The notes below the pieces were generated by a model, which saw only the letters and a list, made by a program, of their open reading frames with translations, was not told where the DNA came from and did not search any database. 64,000 nt of DNA from a virus: positions 19,409-83,408 of the IMG/VR virus record IMGVR_UViG_3300042518_001688, one strand, 5' to 3'. Within the stretch, counting starts at the first letter, position 1; the number at the start of each line of letters is the position of its first letter. The translations under genes and the position numbers were made by a program. Below are positions 18,996-28,175 of the stretch, in pieces.

Positions 18996-19730
18996 ATGCA
19001 GTTAATTAAAGATTCCCGTTTTTTGGTTGCAATTGATAAAGATGCTAGTTCACCTAATCCACAGGTTGCTATCTGGAAGGGACAGCATCGTTGTGTTGCT
19101 GAAAAGTTTTTACCTGATGATCCAACGCCTTCCCCGGAAAAGTGTGCAGAAACAATTATTAAACATCAGTTAGCCGGAGATAGAGGTCATTACTCTGTTC
19201 TTAGAAACGCATTTGTTAAGTTTCATTGCTTGGGTTTTCCCCATAGTGCCGTTTCTCAAATCACAAGGCATCAGGATTCGGCTTTTCTGGTTCAATCAAT
19301 GCGATATACAGGGAGACGGATTGTTGATTGTGCAGAATATGAATTACCTTTTGAAGATGTTTTTTATTTCCGACCAGTCGGCAGTTATTGCGATCGCCAG
19401 GGTAATAAGTACGATTACACTGCTGCTGATTTACTGGATGATAGAGCAGCTTCTTATAGATCAGCAGTTTTGTATAGTGAAAAGATTAGGGATGGACACT
19501 CTGAAGAACACGCTAGGGATTTTTTAACATATAACTTCCGTCAAGACTTCGATTTGAGTGGAGACTTACAAGCTATCTGGCATTTATTGGATCAGCGAAC
19601 CAAAGCTGATTCTCAAGCGGAGGTCAGGACACTAGCTTGGATGATGCTGGATTGCCTCAAAGAGTTTACCCCTGAACTCACCCAGTGGTATTTAGAGAAT
19701 AGAGCAGGGAAAGCTAGGTTAGCTCCATGA
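18996..19730 (+). CDS. thyX: FAD-dependent thymidylate synthase
   Basis: GHYSVL, QITRHQ...VQSMRYTG, EEHARD. Confidence 0.9.
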   Translation: MQLIKDSRFLVAIDKDASSPNPQVAIWKGQHRCVAEKFLPDDPTPSPEKCAETIIKHQLAGDRGHYSVLRNAFVKFHCLGFPHSAVSQITRHQDSAFLVQSMRYTGRRIVDCAEYELPFEDVFYFRPVGSYCDRQGNKYDYTAADLLDDRAASYRSAVLYSEKIRDGHSEEHARDFLTYNFRQDFDLSGDLQAIWHLLDQRTKADSQAEVRTLAWMMLDCLKEFTPELTQWYLENRAGKARLAP

Positions 19731-19739
19731 TATTGGGAT

Positions 19740-20135
19740 ATGCCAAGACAGAAAGGTAATAAGGATTGGAGTGAAAAAGAGCAGGAAATATTAGATGAAA
19801 ACCTTGGTTTTGTACCTCCGAGTCAAATAGTTGAAATCTTGGCTAGGCATGGTTTTAACCGCACAGAACAGGCTATTAAAAACCGATGCACTTTCTCTAA
19901 TATTTCCTTTGCTTGCCATTATGATAATTTCTCCTTACGGAAGATTGCCGAATTGTTAAAAGTAAGTGCCTCTACCACAGGAAATTGGTACAGGTCTGGT
20001 CAACTTCCAGGTGAGAAGAATAATAAATATCAAGTGATGGTGCGATACGATGATATTAGGAAATTCCTGAAGAGTCGTAAGTTTAAAACTAAATTCGACC
20101 CTGACGGATTGAACTTTTTTTTGGGAGACAAATAA
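19740..20135 (+). CDS. HTH DNA-binding protein
   Basis: WSEKEQEIL Myb-like start plus SLRKIAELLKVSASTTGNW HTH. Confidence 0.65.
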   Translation: MPRQKGNKDWSEKEQEILDENLGFVPPSQIVEILARHGFNRTEQAIKNRCTFSNISFACHYDNFSLRKIAELLKVSASTTGNWYRSGQLPGEKNNKYQVMVRYDDIRKFLKSRKFKTKFDPDGLNFFLGDK

Positions 20136-20734
20136 TGGATATTGCTGTCAAGAAGATGCCCAGGGTGGCATTGTCTAAAAGGGATGAATTGCCTGAATCA
20201 TCAGGGCTTTATTTTTTGGTTGATAATGCTGGTCGAGTTTATTATCTCGCTGCTTGCGATCGCATTAAATCAGATGTATTAGACAATCCGTTGCTAAAAG
20301 ATTTTCTAGCGAGTAAAGCAGAATTTATTCATTACTTTCTGTGGCAAGACATAGAAGATTTATCTGACTGGGAAAATGAGTATTTGGTGAAATTAGATCC
20401 ACCTCTAAACAGGGGTAGTGATGAATTACCTGTAACTAATCTCGGCTATTCAGAATCCCAGTTTATTGAACGGTATAAAGAAATTAATTTAACGATCGCT
20501 GAATTAGAAAAAGAGCGAGATGAACTTAGACCCAATATTGTCTCCTTAATAGAAAATAACGGTGACACCATCAAGTCCAATGGCATCACCGCATATCTAA
20601 ATAGACGCACTACTTTTGAGTATTCTACAAGGGTGTCAATTCTCAACCAACAGATCAAAGAACTGAAAAAGGAAGAGGAGAAAACAGGTGTGGCCATTCC
20701 TAAGTCGGTCGTTGTTTTCCCTGTAGTTCGATGA
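20135..20734 (+). CDS. Hypothetical protein, degenerate GIY-YIG-like N-terminus and coiled coil
   Basis: LPESSGLYFLVD..VYY..E..L..LDPPLN. Confidence 0.5.
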   Translation: MDIAVKKMPRVALSKRDELPESSGLYFLVDNAGRVYYLAACDRIKSDVLDNPLLKDFLASKAEFIHYFLWQDIEDLSDWENEYLVKLDPPLNRGSDELPVTNLGYSESQFIERYKEINLTIAELEKERDELRPNIVSLIENNGDTIKSNGITAYLNRRTTFEYSTRVSILNQQIKELKKEEEKTGVAIPKSVVVFPVVR

Positions 20735-21005
20735 TTTTTCTTCCAGAGGAACAGCTACGACATATTTCGAGACTTCCCGGCGAAGGACACAAGCAACTTA
20801 GTTTGTAGAGGTTCCGAGGTTTAGTTGTTGCGTCCTCTTCTTGATTAACTGATACTATGCCTAGTTGATTGAGTTCTCTTAGATAGCATTGCAGGGTTTT
20901 TCTTTCGATATTGACTTCTTCTGCGATGTCTTGAGATACAGACACCCCTCTTGTAAACAAAACATCTATTACTATCAATAGATTGGTATATTTACATCTT
21001 GGCAT
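20700..21005 (-). CDS. Winged-helix DNA-binding protein
   Basis: SQDIAEEVNIERKTLQCYLRELNQLGIV. Confidence 0.6.
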   Translation of the reverse strand: MPRCKYTNLLIVIDVLFTRGVSVSQDIAEEVNIERKTLQCYLRELNQLGIVSVNQEEDATTKPRNLYKLSCLCPSPGSLEICRSCSSGRKIIELQGKQRPT

Positions 21006-21009
21006 GGGA

Positions 21010-22161
21010 TTAACTTCTTAATTGTACGGGCATGGCTAAATAAGTCATTTTCAATCCACCCACAGGTGTAAAAATAACTGGGGTTAAACTCTGATTTAAG
21101 TGCATTTGAATTTCTGAAGATGGTAATTCTTTTAACCCTTCCATGAGATATTTGACATTTAAAGCAATGTCTATATTTCCTCCAGATATTTGGGCTGGCA
21201 TTGATTCTGTGCCACTACCAACATCTTGAGCTTCACAAGATAGGGTTATTTCTTGATTTCCGTTATCAATGCTGAGTTTGACAATATTATTTTTCTGGTC
21301 TGCTAACACTGCAATTCGTTCTAAGGTGCTGATAAATCGCTTTTTTTCTAATGTAACTTGGCGTTCAAATTGGCGAGGAATTAATTGCCGATAGGCGGGA
21401 TATTGTTCTTCTAAGGTGCGGCTGGTTAACCGTTGATTTTGCCAAGCAAATGCTACTTGTCCTTGATCTAAATATACGGCTACCGTTTCTTCTGAATTGG
21501 CGTGTTGGACTAACATCCGTTGTAGTTCTCGTAATGCTTTGGCTGGTACTGTGACTTCTAACTGTTCGCTACCCTTTACAGGACGTTCATTTGTGGTTTC
21601 TAACACTGCTAAACGGTGTCCGTCGGTGGCCGCAAATTCTAAGGTGTCTTGTTTGAGGGTTAAATGTACACCGGTGAGGACTTGCTTGGTTTCATCGGAA
21701 CTGGTGGCAAATAAAGAACCTTTTAAACCCTCAATTAGTGCCGCAGTTGTGAGGTGAATTGCTTCGGCATTTTCCATAATTGGTAATTCGGGAAATTCTT
21801 CTGCACCCATAGCCCGAACTTGATACTTGCCGCTTCTAGGTTTGAGGGTAACAATTATACCTTCTCCTCCTGCATCGCCAGAGGCATCATCAAGGGTAAT
21901 TTCCCCTTCTGGTAAGCGTGAGGTGATGTCTACCAGGAGTTTGGCAGGGAGGGCAATTTCTCCACCTTCTAATACTTCGGCTGTAAAACTGGTACAGATA
22001 CCTAAACTGAGGTCAAAGGCGGACAAACTAACTTGGCTAGTATTAGCGTCTGCCTTTAATAAGATGTTAGCCAGGACTGGGTGAGTTGGTCTAGATGGGA
22101 CTGCACGACTGACTAGGGAAAGGTTACTGCTGAGATCCGATTGAGAACAGGTTATTTTCAT
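21010..22161 (-). CDS. dnaN: DNA polymerase III beta sliding clamp
   Basis: SRAVPSRPTHPVLAN, ATDGHRLA, YPAYRQLIP, YLAMPVQ; full-length cyanobacterial type. Confidence 0.96.
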   Translation of the reverse strand: MKITCSQSDLSSNLSLVSRAVPSRPTHPVLANILLKADANTSQVSLSAFDLSLGICTSFTAEVLEGGEIALPAKLLVDITSRLPEGEITLDDASGDAGGEGIIVTLKPRSGKYQVRAMGAEEFPELPIMENAEAIHLTTAALIEGLKGSLFATSSDETKQVLTGVHLTLKQDTLEFAATDGHRLAVLETTNERPVKGSEQLEVTVPAKALRELQRMLVQHANSEETVAVYLDQGQVAFAWQNQRLTSRTLEEQYPAYRQLIPRQFERQVTLEKKRFISTLERIAVLADQKNNIVKLSIDNGNQEITLSCEAQDVGSGTESMPAQISGGNIDIALNVKYLMEGLKELPSSEIQMHLNQSLTPVIFTPVGGLKMTYLAMPVQLRS

Positions 22162-22203
22162 GGTTGTTTTTGGATAGAGTAGTTGATGTTCGAGTCGAAT
22201 ATT

Positions 22204-22587
22204 TTAGAATGGGATGTCGTCTGGTTCTGATGTATCTTGATTAGTTGGATTAGTTGGATTTACTGGTGCAGGTGCAGCCATTGGGCTTGATGCTCCACTA
22301 TTAACCTTTTCAAATTTCTGAACCACTAATTCCACTCTTTTTTCTTTGAATCCTTCTGGGCGGTCAACTGTATTAATTTGAAGACTTCCTTCAAATATAA
22401 CTACATCACCCTGCCGTAATTCCTGATGAAAAGAGGTTGCTGTTTTCCCCCAGGCGATCGCTCTCAGGGTATAAGTAGTTTCTTTCCCTTCAAATGAAAC
22501 TACTGTTTCTGAGACTTCTTTGCTGTCAATTGTGTGTCTAAGCTCTGGGGAATATTCGAGTGTTGCTAATAGGACTGTGTTATTCAT
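22204..22587 (-). CDS. ssb: Single-stranded DNA-binding protein
   Basis: OB fold (AWGKTA...EGSLQ) and acidic DDIPF tail. Confidence 0.9.
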   Translation of the reverse strand: MNNTVLLATLEYSPELRHTIDSKEVSETVVSFEGKETTYTLRAIAWGKTATSFHQELRQGDVVIFEGSLQINTVDRPEGFKEKRVELVVQKFEKVNSGASSPMAAPAPVNPTNPTNQDTSEPDDIPF

Positions 22588-22834
22588 GGGTTAATTCTTT
22601 GATGAGGTTAAGTCTATCTTCTGCTGGAAGTTCTTCAAGCTTTTTTAGTGTTCCAACTAATTCACCCGTGCGAACAGCCCCTTTAGCTTCTTGGCAGAGT
22701 TGGTATCCCAATCTTTTGATTAGGAAGCGTTTTTCTCTGGTATTTAGATTTTCAAAATAAACACCATATTCTTGCTTGAACTTTTCAATGCTATAAGCTT
22801 TCTCTGTTGTGTCGGGGTAATCTAGTTGAGCCAT
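22580..22834 (-). CDS. Hypothetical protein
   Basis: Overlapping operon ORF, GAGGAG RBS. Confidence 0.55.
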   Translation of the reverse strand: MAQLDYPDTTEKAYSIEKFKQEYGVYFENLNTREKRFLIKRLGYQLCQEAKGAVRTGELVGTLKKLEELPAEDRLNLIKELTHE

Positions 22835-23102
22835 ATTGCTCCTCGGTGTTTTTTAGAAGTAACCATTCTAATTTCCATATTCTAACTCTTTTTATGACCT
22901 GAATTTTATGGAAAATAGAAAGTCTTTTGTTGAAATGTTCATCTGATTTTCTCCATTCTCCTCTTTGGTGAAAATCATTCGCCATGTCACCTTCTAAGTT
23001 GTAAAAAACCTTTTCTGTTTCCAGTTCTTGCCCCAACACAGAAATTGGCATTAGGAGATATTTGCAGAGGAACTTTACCTCTTCTATCCAATAGTTAATC
23101 AT
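22791..23102 (-). CDS. Hypothetical protein
   Basis: Overlapping operon ORF. Confidence 0.5.
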   Translation of the reverse strand: MINYWIEEVKFLCKYLLMPISVLGQELETEKVFYNLEGDMANDFHQRGEWRKSDEHFNKRLSIFHKIQVIKRVRIWKLEWLLLKNTEEQYGSTRLPRHNRESL

Positions 23103-23754
23103 TATCTTCGCTGGATAAAATAAGGGGTTTTACTTCTGTTTCTGCTAAACGTAATCTATTGCTTGGTTTACTGGCGTTTGGTAGAACTCTGGTAATGTAG
23201 TCTGAACGCAAGAAGTCCTGTAAACTTTCTACTGAAACCATGTGGTTCTTTGCTTGCAACCCTCTCTCGCTTACCCACTTTAAAACAGTGCTGTGGTGTA
23301 CACCCAATAGTGATGCGGTGTAGTCGTAGTTGAATGATTTGAGGACTAGATCCTCTCCAATTAACTTTTTAATTTCCTTGGGATCTGCCTTCACGATCGC
23401 GTTGAAAACCGTGTTAGGGGGATTTTCCAGGAATGCCCTTAAATCCTCTTTATTTATTATGTAAGTCCAACTCTCTTGATAAGCAGGTAACAACCCCTTC
23501 CGCACCCAGTTGCTTACCGTTAGGTAGTTTATTTTCAGAACTTCAGCTATCTGTCTGATAGCAATACCCACTTCTTTTTTCTCTTTAGGTACTCTAATCT
23601 TTTTCCGCCTAGTGGGTTTAGGTAGTCTTACCTCTTGTTGGGTAGTTTTGGGTGTTTCTACCCTGGGTAAGGGTGTGTGAATGTCAATCCCTGCCAACTT
23701 TGCTAGTCGCAATTCTTTCTTTAGCTCAATATCATCTCTTGTAGCCATAGTCAT
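23095..23754 (-). CDS. Tandem excisionase/MerR-like HTH protein
   Basis: IRQIAEVLKINYLTVSNWVRKGLLPA and TASLLGVHHSTVLKWV. Confidence 0.7.
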   Translation of the reverse strand: MTMATRDDIELKKELRLAKLAGIDIHTPLPRVETPKTTQQEVRLPKPTRRKKIRVPKEKKEVGIAIRQIAEVLKINYLTVSNWVRKGLLPAYQESWTYIINKEDLRAFLENPPNTVFNAIVKADPKEIKKLIGEDLVLKSFNYDYTASLLGVHHSTVLKWVSERGLQAKNHMVSVESLQDFLRSDYITRVLPNASKPSNRLRLAETEVKPLILSSEDND

Positions 23755-23777
23755 AGCCTGCCAGCCCTTTTATTTGA

Positions 23778-23924
23778 TTAAGCGGTCTTGAGTGACCGGA
23801 TTAGCGATCGCACAACCTCACTGGTAGTAAGGTCTTTCTGTCTGCAATAATTTTCCAGAATTTCCTTGTCTTCTGGTTTAACGAGTGCGTTCACGCGCTC
23901 CGTCAATCCCCTCGATTTACTCAT
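23778..23924 (-). CDS. CopG-like ribbon-helix-helix protein (not in ORF track)
   Basis: MSKSRGLTERVNALVKPEDKEILENYCRQKDLTTSEVVRSLIRSLKTA; AAGGA RBS. Confidence 0.7.
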   Translation of the reverse strand: MSKSRGLTERVNALVKPEDKEILENYCRQKDLTTSEVVRSLIRSLKTA

Positions 23925-23935
23925 ATCTGATTTCC

Positions 23936-23992
23936 TTTTTCTTGCTAAAGAACATAATATAATATATTATATTATTAATTTAGCAAGAAAAA
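23936..23992. repeat. 57-bp AT-rich near-perfect palindrome
   Basis: TTTTTCTTGCTAAA-GAAC-ATAATATAATATATTATATTAT-TAA-TTTAGCAAGAAAAA. Confidence 0.85.
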
Positions 23993-24252
23993 CAATACCA
24001 AAAAGTAATACTTTTGGGGGATGACATGAAATACCGAATATCTATGTATGCCGTCTGTAAAAAATACCAATGCAGAGCTGACACAAAATTGTATCCCGTG
24101 TATAATAGTAAAAGTGCAATAGAGAATAACCCTACGACAATCGGGTTGGCAGGCTTTTGTGTCGCAGGGTTATCCAGAGAATGTTAGGGCGGTAAACCAA
24201 AAAGGTTTCCCGTCCCATTTTCGTTTCTATTTAATTCTCCAAGGTCATTATA

Positions 24253-25629
24253 ATGCAAATAATCACTACAAGCAATACCCTAGAGATAGGTGTCAAAGCA
24301 TCTGAATTTAAGTTAGAATCTCAGATCGTAAGTTCCAGCAACACGGAAATCGGTAATTTCTCAACTGCACCAACCCAAGAACTGCATCAAAAAGATAAAG
24401 AACCTGCATCAACTAGGGAGGAGGATGCTATGAAGCTCCTGTCCCGGTTAGTATCAGGTCAAGAAATCTGGGTCAAGAATCGCAAGGGTGAGTTTTTGGC
24501 ATTTGATGGTGCGATCGCGGATGTCGAGTTTTGTGATACTGGCAAAATGGAGCAAGTGTGTGGACTTGATATTTCCTTAGTCCCAGAAAGACCAATTAAC
24601 CCCACAGAGTCCGATATCCTGGAATTTATTCAATCTTTTGCAACCTCTGTTTGCGATTCTCAAATAGCTGAAGCATTGGATTTGGTTGAGATTCAGGTGA
24701 GGGGATTCGCTAGAAATCTGATTGGATTTGGTTTAATCTCATCTTTTGTAGATCAAGAAGGTGATACTTGGTATTCTGCTAAGTCTGCTGCGGCTGAAGT
24801 CTGCAAGGATATGGAGGAGATTGCTAAAGTTCGAGTCGAACTTAATGGAAATCCAGTCGTTGATGACGTATTTTTGTCAGCAGGTGATTTGGATATTGAG
24901 ATTGAACTCCAGTCAGTTGACCTACCGTTTACCGATTATGACGATAGCGAAGTACCTTTAACTAAAGACCAAGCAAGATCAATAGTTGATGAAATAAACC
25001 ACGATATTGTCGAGCTAAAAGGAATTGTTGGGCGCACAAGAGATGGAGTTAGAATCAATATTCAAACCCTAGATAGTGGGAAGGGCTATTTAGCTCTGGG
25101 CTTTGAGAATATGTCAGCCTTGTTTGAATCTGATTTATTCGCCGAGTCCCGTTCTACCTGCCAAAAAGAATGGCAGGTAGGTAGGGTAGAGAAAGCTTTA
25201 GGAAAGGATACAGGTACTTTGGTTCTGGAGCATGGCTTAAAACTATTTCCTGTTTTTAAGAAAAAACCTGAGAAACTGGAAGAAGTTTATCAAGCAGCCG
25301 TTGAGGAGGCAGGTACGGAATCTGATTTAAACGCTCGGTGTATTCGGGATGCGATCGCCCAAGTTGCCCCAGAACTTAAGCCTAAATCCAAGGCTAAGAG
25401 TAAAGTTGTTCAAGATGGTGGTTCGCGTCGCTTTGATGTGGTTCTACCTGGGATGAAGATCCAGATACAGAACGACGATACTATTCATGATTTACTGGAA
25501 TTAGACCGACCAGTGGAAGAAGTTATTTGTCAGGGAGCGATTGAGTTGATTATGGAAATGATGGGCTTTACGCTTCGTGAGGATGCGATCGCTCACCTTG
25601 TTGAGAGAGAGAAAAATAAAAACTGCTAA
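24253..25629 (+). CDS. Hypothetical acidic phage protein
   Basis: 458-aa ORF followed by terminator. Confidence 0.7.
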   Translation: MQIITTSNTLEIGVKASEFKLESQIVSSSNTEIGNFSTAPTQELHQKDKEPASTREEDAMKLLSRLVSGQEIWVKNRKGEFLAFDGAIADVEFCDTGKMEQVCGLDISLVPERPINPTESDILEFIQSFATSVCDSQIAEALDLVEIQVRGFARNLIGFGLISSFVDQEGDTWYSAKSAAAEVCKDMEEIAKVRVELNGNPVVDDVFLSAGDLDIEIELQSVDLPFTDYDDSEVPLTKDQARSIVDEINHDIVELKGIVGRTRDGVRINIQTLDSGKGYLALGFENMSALFESDLFAESRSTCQKEWQVGRVEKALGKDTGTLVLEHGLKLFPVFKKKPEKLEEVYQAAVEEAGTESDLNARCIRDAIAQVAPELKPKSKAKSKVVQDGGSRRFDVVLPGMKIQIQNDDTIHDLLELDRPVEEVICQGAIELIMEMMGFTLREDAIAHLVEREKNKNC

Positions 25630-25634
25630 TGAGA

Positions 25635-25662
25635 AAGCCCCGACCGTTCGGGGCTTATTTTT
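25635..25662. terminator. Intrinsic terminator between convergent genes
   Basis: AAGCCCCGA-CCGT-TCGGGGCTT hairpin with T tract. Confidence 0.7.
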
Positions 25663-25678
25663 GTAAACAATCTGTTAA

Positions 25679-26044
25679 CTACTGTCTTGCTATTAAATAG
25701 CTTTCAAAAAAGCGATGAAGTTGCTCTGTCGTATTTATTTCTGTTTCCCACAAGTAAGGGAATAGTTTGCTCTGATCTCCTGGGTCGAAATCAATACTAA
25801 ATTCTGGATTGTGGCAGACAATTAATTTGTTCTGACGTGGCATCAAAACAATTTCATATCTTTTCCCTTTTTTGTAGCCAACATATTGATCTCTCTGAAT
25901 GAAAACTAACTCTGTGAAATCATCTAAATAGTCTCTTGCGAGAGAATATAGATCGGAAGAATCGCCTATTACCTTGATATCAGTTGACAAGATATTAGGA
26001 ATCCCATCAATAACTTCTACTATTTGATTTATACAGAATTTCAT
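25679..26044 (-). CDS. Hypothetical protein
   Basis: ATG overlapping upstream stop. Confidence 0.55.
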   Translation of the reverse strand: MKFCINQIVEVIDGIPNILSTDIKVIGDSSDLYSLARDYLDDFTELVFIQRDQYVGYKKGKRYEIVLMPRQNKLIVCHNPEFSIDFDPGDQSKLFPYLWETEINTTEQLHRFFESYLIARQ

Positions 26045-26355
26045 ACTTTCCTCTTTTTCTTTTCTTGGTATCGTTTGCACCTGATTGATTCTACACTTCG
26101 TCCCGTTTCCTGTGCTGCGAAAAATGCCTCTCCTTTTTTGCCAATTCCAGCGATCGCTAACTCCACTTCCTTTTGTGAGTAATGGTTAAATGTTTTCTTG
26201 GGTTTCAACCCCAACTTCCCCATCAACCATTTCATCTGTTGATACCTGCACCCTACTTTGCGACTTAATTCCGCTATTGGGATTATTTGATGATGTGCCT
26301 TGATGTAGGTTATTTCATCTTCAGTCCAGCGACGTACATTTTCCCTGGTTCTCAT
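26041..26355 (-). CDS. HTH/Myb-like DNA-binding protein
   Basis: RRWTEDEITYI...IAELSRKVG. Confidence 0.6.
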   Translation of the reverse strand: MRTRENVRRWTEDEITYIKAHHQIIPIAELSRKVGCRYQQMKWLMGKLGLKPKKTFNHYSQKEVELAIAGIGKKGEAFFAAQETGRSVESIRCKRYQEKKKRKV

Positions 26356-26744
26356 GTCGCCACCTGGATTTTTAGTTGTATGTAATTTACCTCATATCCA
26401 TGCTCTCTTTCTAGCACTTTGAGAGCATCTTTGATGTGGTAGGACATCTGCCCAAACCATTTAGGACAAGGCGATTCTCCCATTAAGTCACAATATGAGT
26501 CATGAGCTTCCATCGCATCCAAAATACTGGTCTTAATATCAAACGCCAATCGGTTCAGTTTCTCCTTGACTCGATTTTTTGTAGTTGTACTAGAATCGTT
26601 CCACCAGATACTATTCTCAATTTCTATGTATGATTTCGATAGCGCGATCGCAGCAGTCAGATGTAATTTGATATCTGCCAATAATTCGTGTTCCACTTTG
26701 AGGTGATTATTGGCAACAACTAAAGCGGCATTTGTTATTACCAT
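26352..26744 (-). CDS. Hypothetical protein
   Basis: Coupled operon ORF. Confidence 0.55.
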   Translation of the reverse strand: MVITNAALVVANNHLKVEHELLADIKLHLTAAIALSKSYIEIENSIWWNDSSTTTKNRVKEKLNRLAFDIKTSILDAMEAHDSYCDLMGESPCPKWFGQMSYHIKDALKVLEREHGYEVNYIQLKIQVAT

Positions 26745-27016
26745 TACGCCACCTTTTCCCTGATGCTTGTTAATATCAAATCTTTAACGAACTTTTGGTG
26801 AGCGCACATTCTATATTTGTCCCCCCAATGTGACCACTCGCATTCGCATCTTTCTCTGGGATCTGGAGCGTAAGGTCTTACCGTGTATCGGTTCTCTCTA
26901 GTAACCTTTTCCTCTCCTTGGAAATGTTGACTGAGGACTACAAACTCAGGGTATCCTTGCTCATTTGTGAGCCACCCATCTAACTGTATTTTTCTTTCTT
27001 TTTTCATATTAAGCAC
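26744..27016 (-). CDS. SWIM-type zinc finger protein
   Basis: CECEWSH...MCAH (CxC-xn-CxH). Confidence 0.6.
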   Translation of the reverse strand: MLNMKKERKIQLDGWLTNEQGYPEFVVLSQHFQGEEKVTRENRYTVRPYAPDPRERCECEWSHWGDKYRMCAHQKFVKDLILTSIREKVA

Positions 27017-27104
27017 CTGCCAGCACTGAGAACAGTATATATTAATTTACGATAAAATGTAAATACTTTTTTGCAATTAACGGTAAAAGTGGTATTCTGG
27101 AAGC

Positions 27105-27761
27105 ATGAAAATATCACTACTCTCCCAAAAAGGGGGTGTCGGTAAAACCACGCTGTCAATCCACCTGTGTCACGCTCTGTCGCTCAAAGGGTTTAACCCA
27201 ATTTTGATAGACAGCGATCCTCAAGGATCTTCCTTGGACTGGTCATTAAGGAGGCAAGGGGAAAGATTGTTTCCAGTGGTTGCACTTGACCGCCCCATTA
27301 TCCATAAAGAGTTACCCAGTTTAATGAGGAGTTACAATTTTGCCGTAATTGATGGTGCGCCCAGGTTATCTAGCTTGACTCGCTCGGCAATCATGGCATC
27401 TGACCTGATTGTTATTCCTGTACAGCCCAGTCCCTTGGACGTTTGGGCGATACATGAAGTTATTGAGCTTATCAAGGAAATACCAGAGGATATCCTGAAT
27501 GAAAACCTAAAAACTGTGTTTTTGGTTTCTCGGAAAATCGTGAATACTGCGATCGCTAGAGATTTCCTGGAGGTGTTAGCTACCTACGATATTCCTATCC
27601 TCAACTCACAAATTGCTCAACGGGTTGTGTTTGCCGAAAGCCTTGCTTCAGGTAGCACGGTTTTAGAAGTAGCACCATTCACTCAAGCAGCTAATGAAAT
27701 TAGACAACTTTGTAAGGAGATATTGACGTATGGCGACGAAGAAAGTGCCAATCACGATTAG
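27105..27761 (+). CDS. parA: ParA-family partition ATPase (short, type Ib-like)
   Basis: QKGGVGKTT deviant Walker A, DSDPQGS, IDGAP, PVQPSPLD. Confidence 0.93.
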   Translation: MKISLLSQKGGVGKTTLSIHLCHALSLKGFNPILIDSDPQGSSLDWSLRRQGERLFPVVALDRPIIHKELPSLMRSYNFAVIDGAPRLSSLTRSAIMASDLIVIPVQPSPLDVWAIHEVIELIKEIPEDILNENLKTVFLVSRKIVNTAIARDFLEVLATYDIPILNSQIAQRVVFAESLASGSTVLEVAPFTQAANEIRQLCKEILTYGDEESANHD

Positions 27762-28116
27762 TCCATCGGTGGCGATGAGAAGTCAACTTAGTCAAGCTGA
27801 TGAATGGGTTAACGAAAAAGATAGTGGGATGAAGAATTTTACTTTCTTTATCCCTGCTGCAATGAAAAAGAGGTTAGATATCTTGGCGGTCAATAAAGAA
27901 GTGCCTATGAAATCGTTGATAGTTGATGCGGTGGCAGGTGATTTATCTTTGTTGGGTGAAATTTCCTCTTATCCACTACCACCAAAAACCAAGAAGATAT
28001 CTATTAACAATATTCCTGCTGATCTTCACTCTAAGCTCAAAACCTTTGCCATTGAAAGGGGTGTGAGTATGCAGGATATTCTTATTCATTTGATTCAGGA
28101 TATTTTGAAAAAATAG
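27730..28116 (+). CDS. Tandem RHH partition/centromere-binding protein
   Basis: Overlaps parA end; two RHH-like units (FTFFIPAAMKKRL..., ISINNIPADLHSKLK...SMQDIL). Confidence 0.7.
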   Translation: MATKKVPITISPSVAMRSQLSQADEWVNEKDSGMKNFTFFIPAAMKKRLDILAVNKEVPMKSLIVDAVAGDLSLLGEISSYPLPPKTKKISINNIPADLHSKLKTFAIERGVSMQDILIHLIQDILKK

Positions 28117-28145
28117 TTGCAGGTTGCGGTATTTACCGCTATACT
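28117..28145 (+). promoter_or_regulatory. Sigma70-type promoter TTGCAG-17-TATACT with palindromic operator GCGGTA-TT-TACCGC in spacer
   Basis: Direct reading. Confidence 0.65.
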
Positions 28146-28175
28146 GTAAATAGTAAACAAAAGGGCTGGCAGGTC

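Noticed and set aside
24827-24843. LexA/SOS box interpretation of the GTTCGAnTCGAAC palindrome
   Set aside because: Half-site order and spacing are the reverse of the CGAAC-N4-GTTCG box; kept as an unknown site
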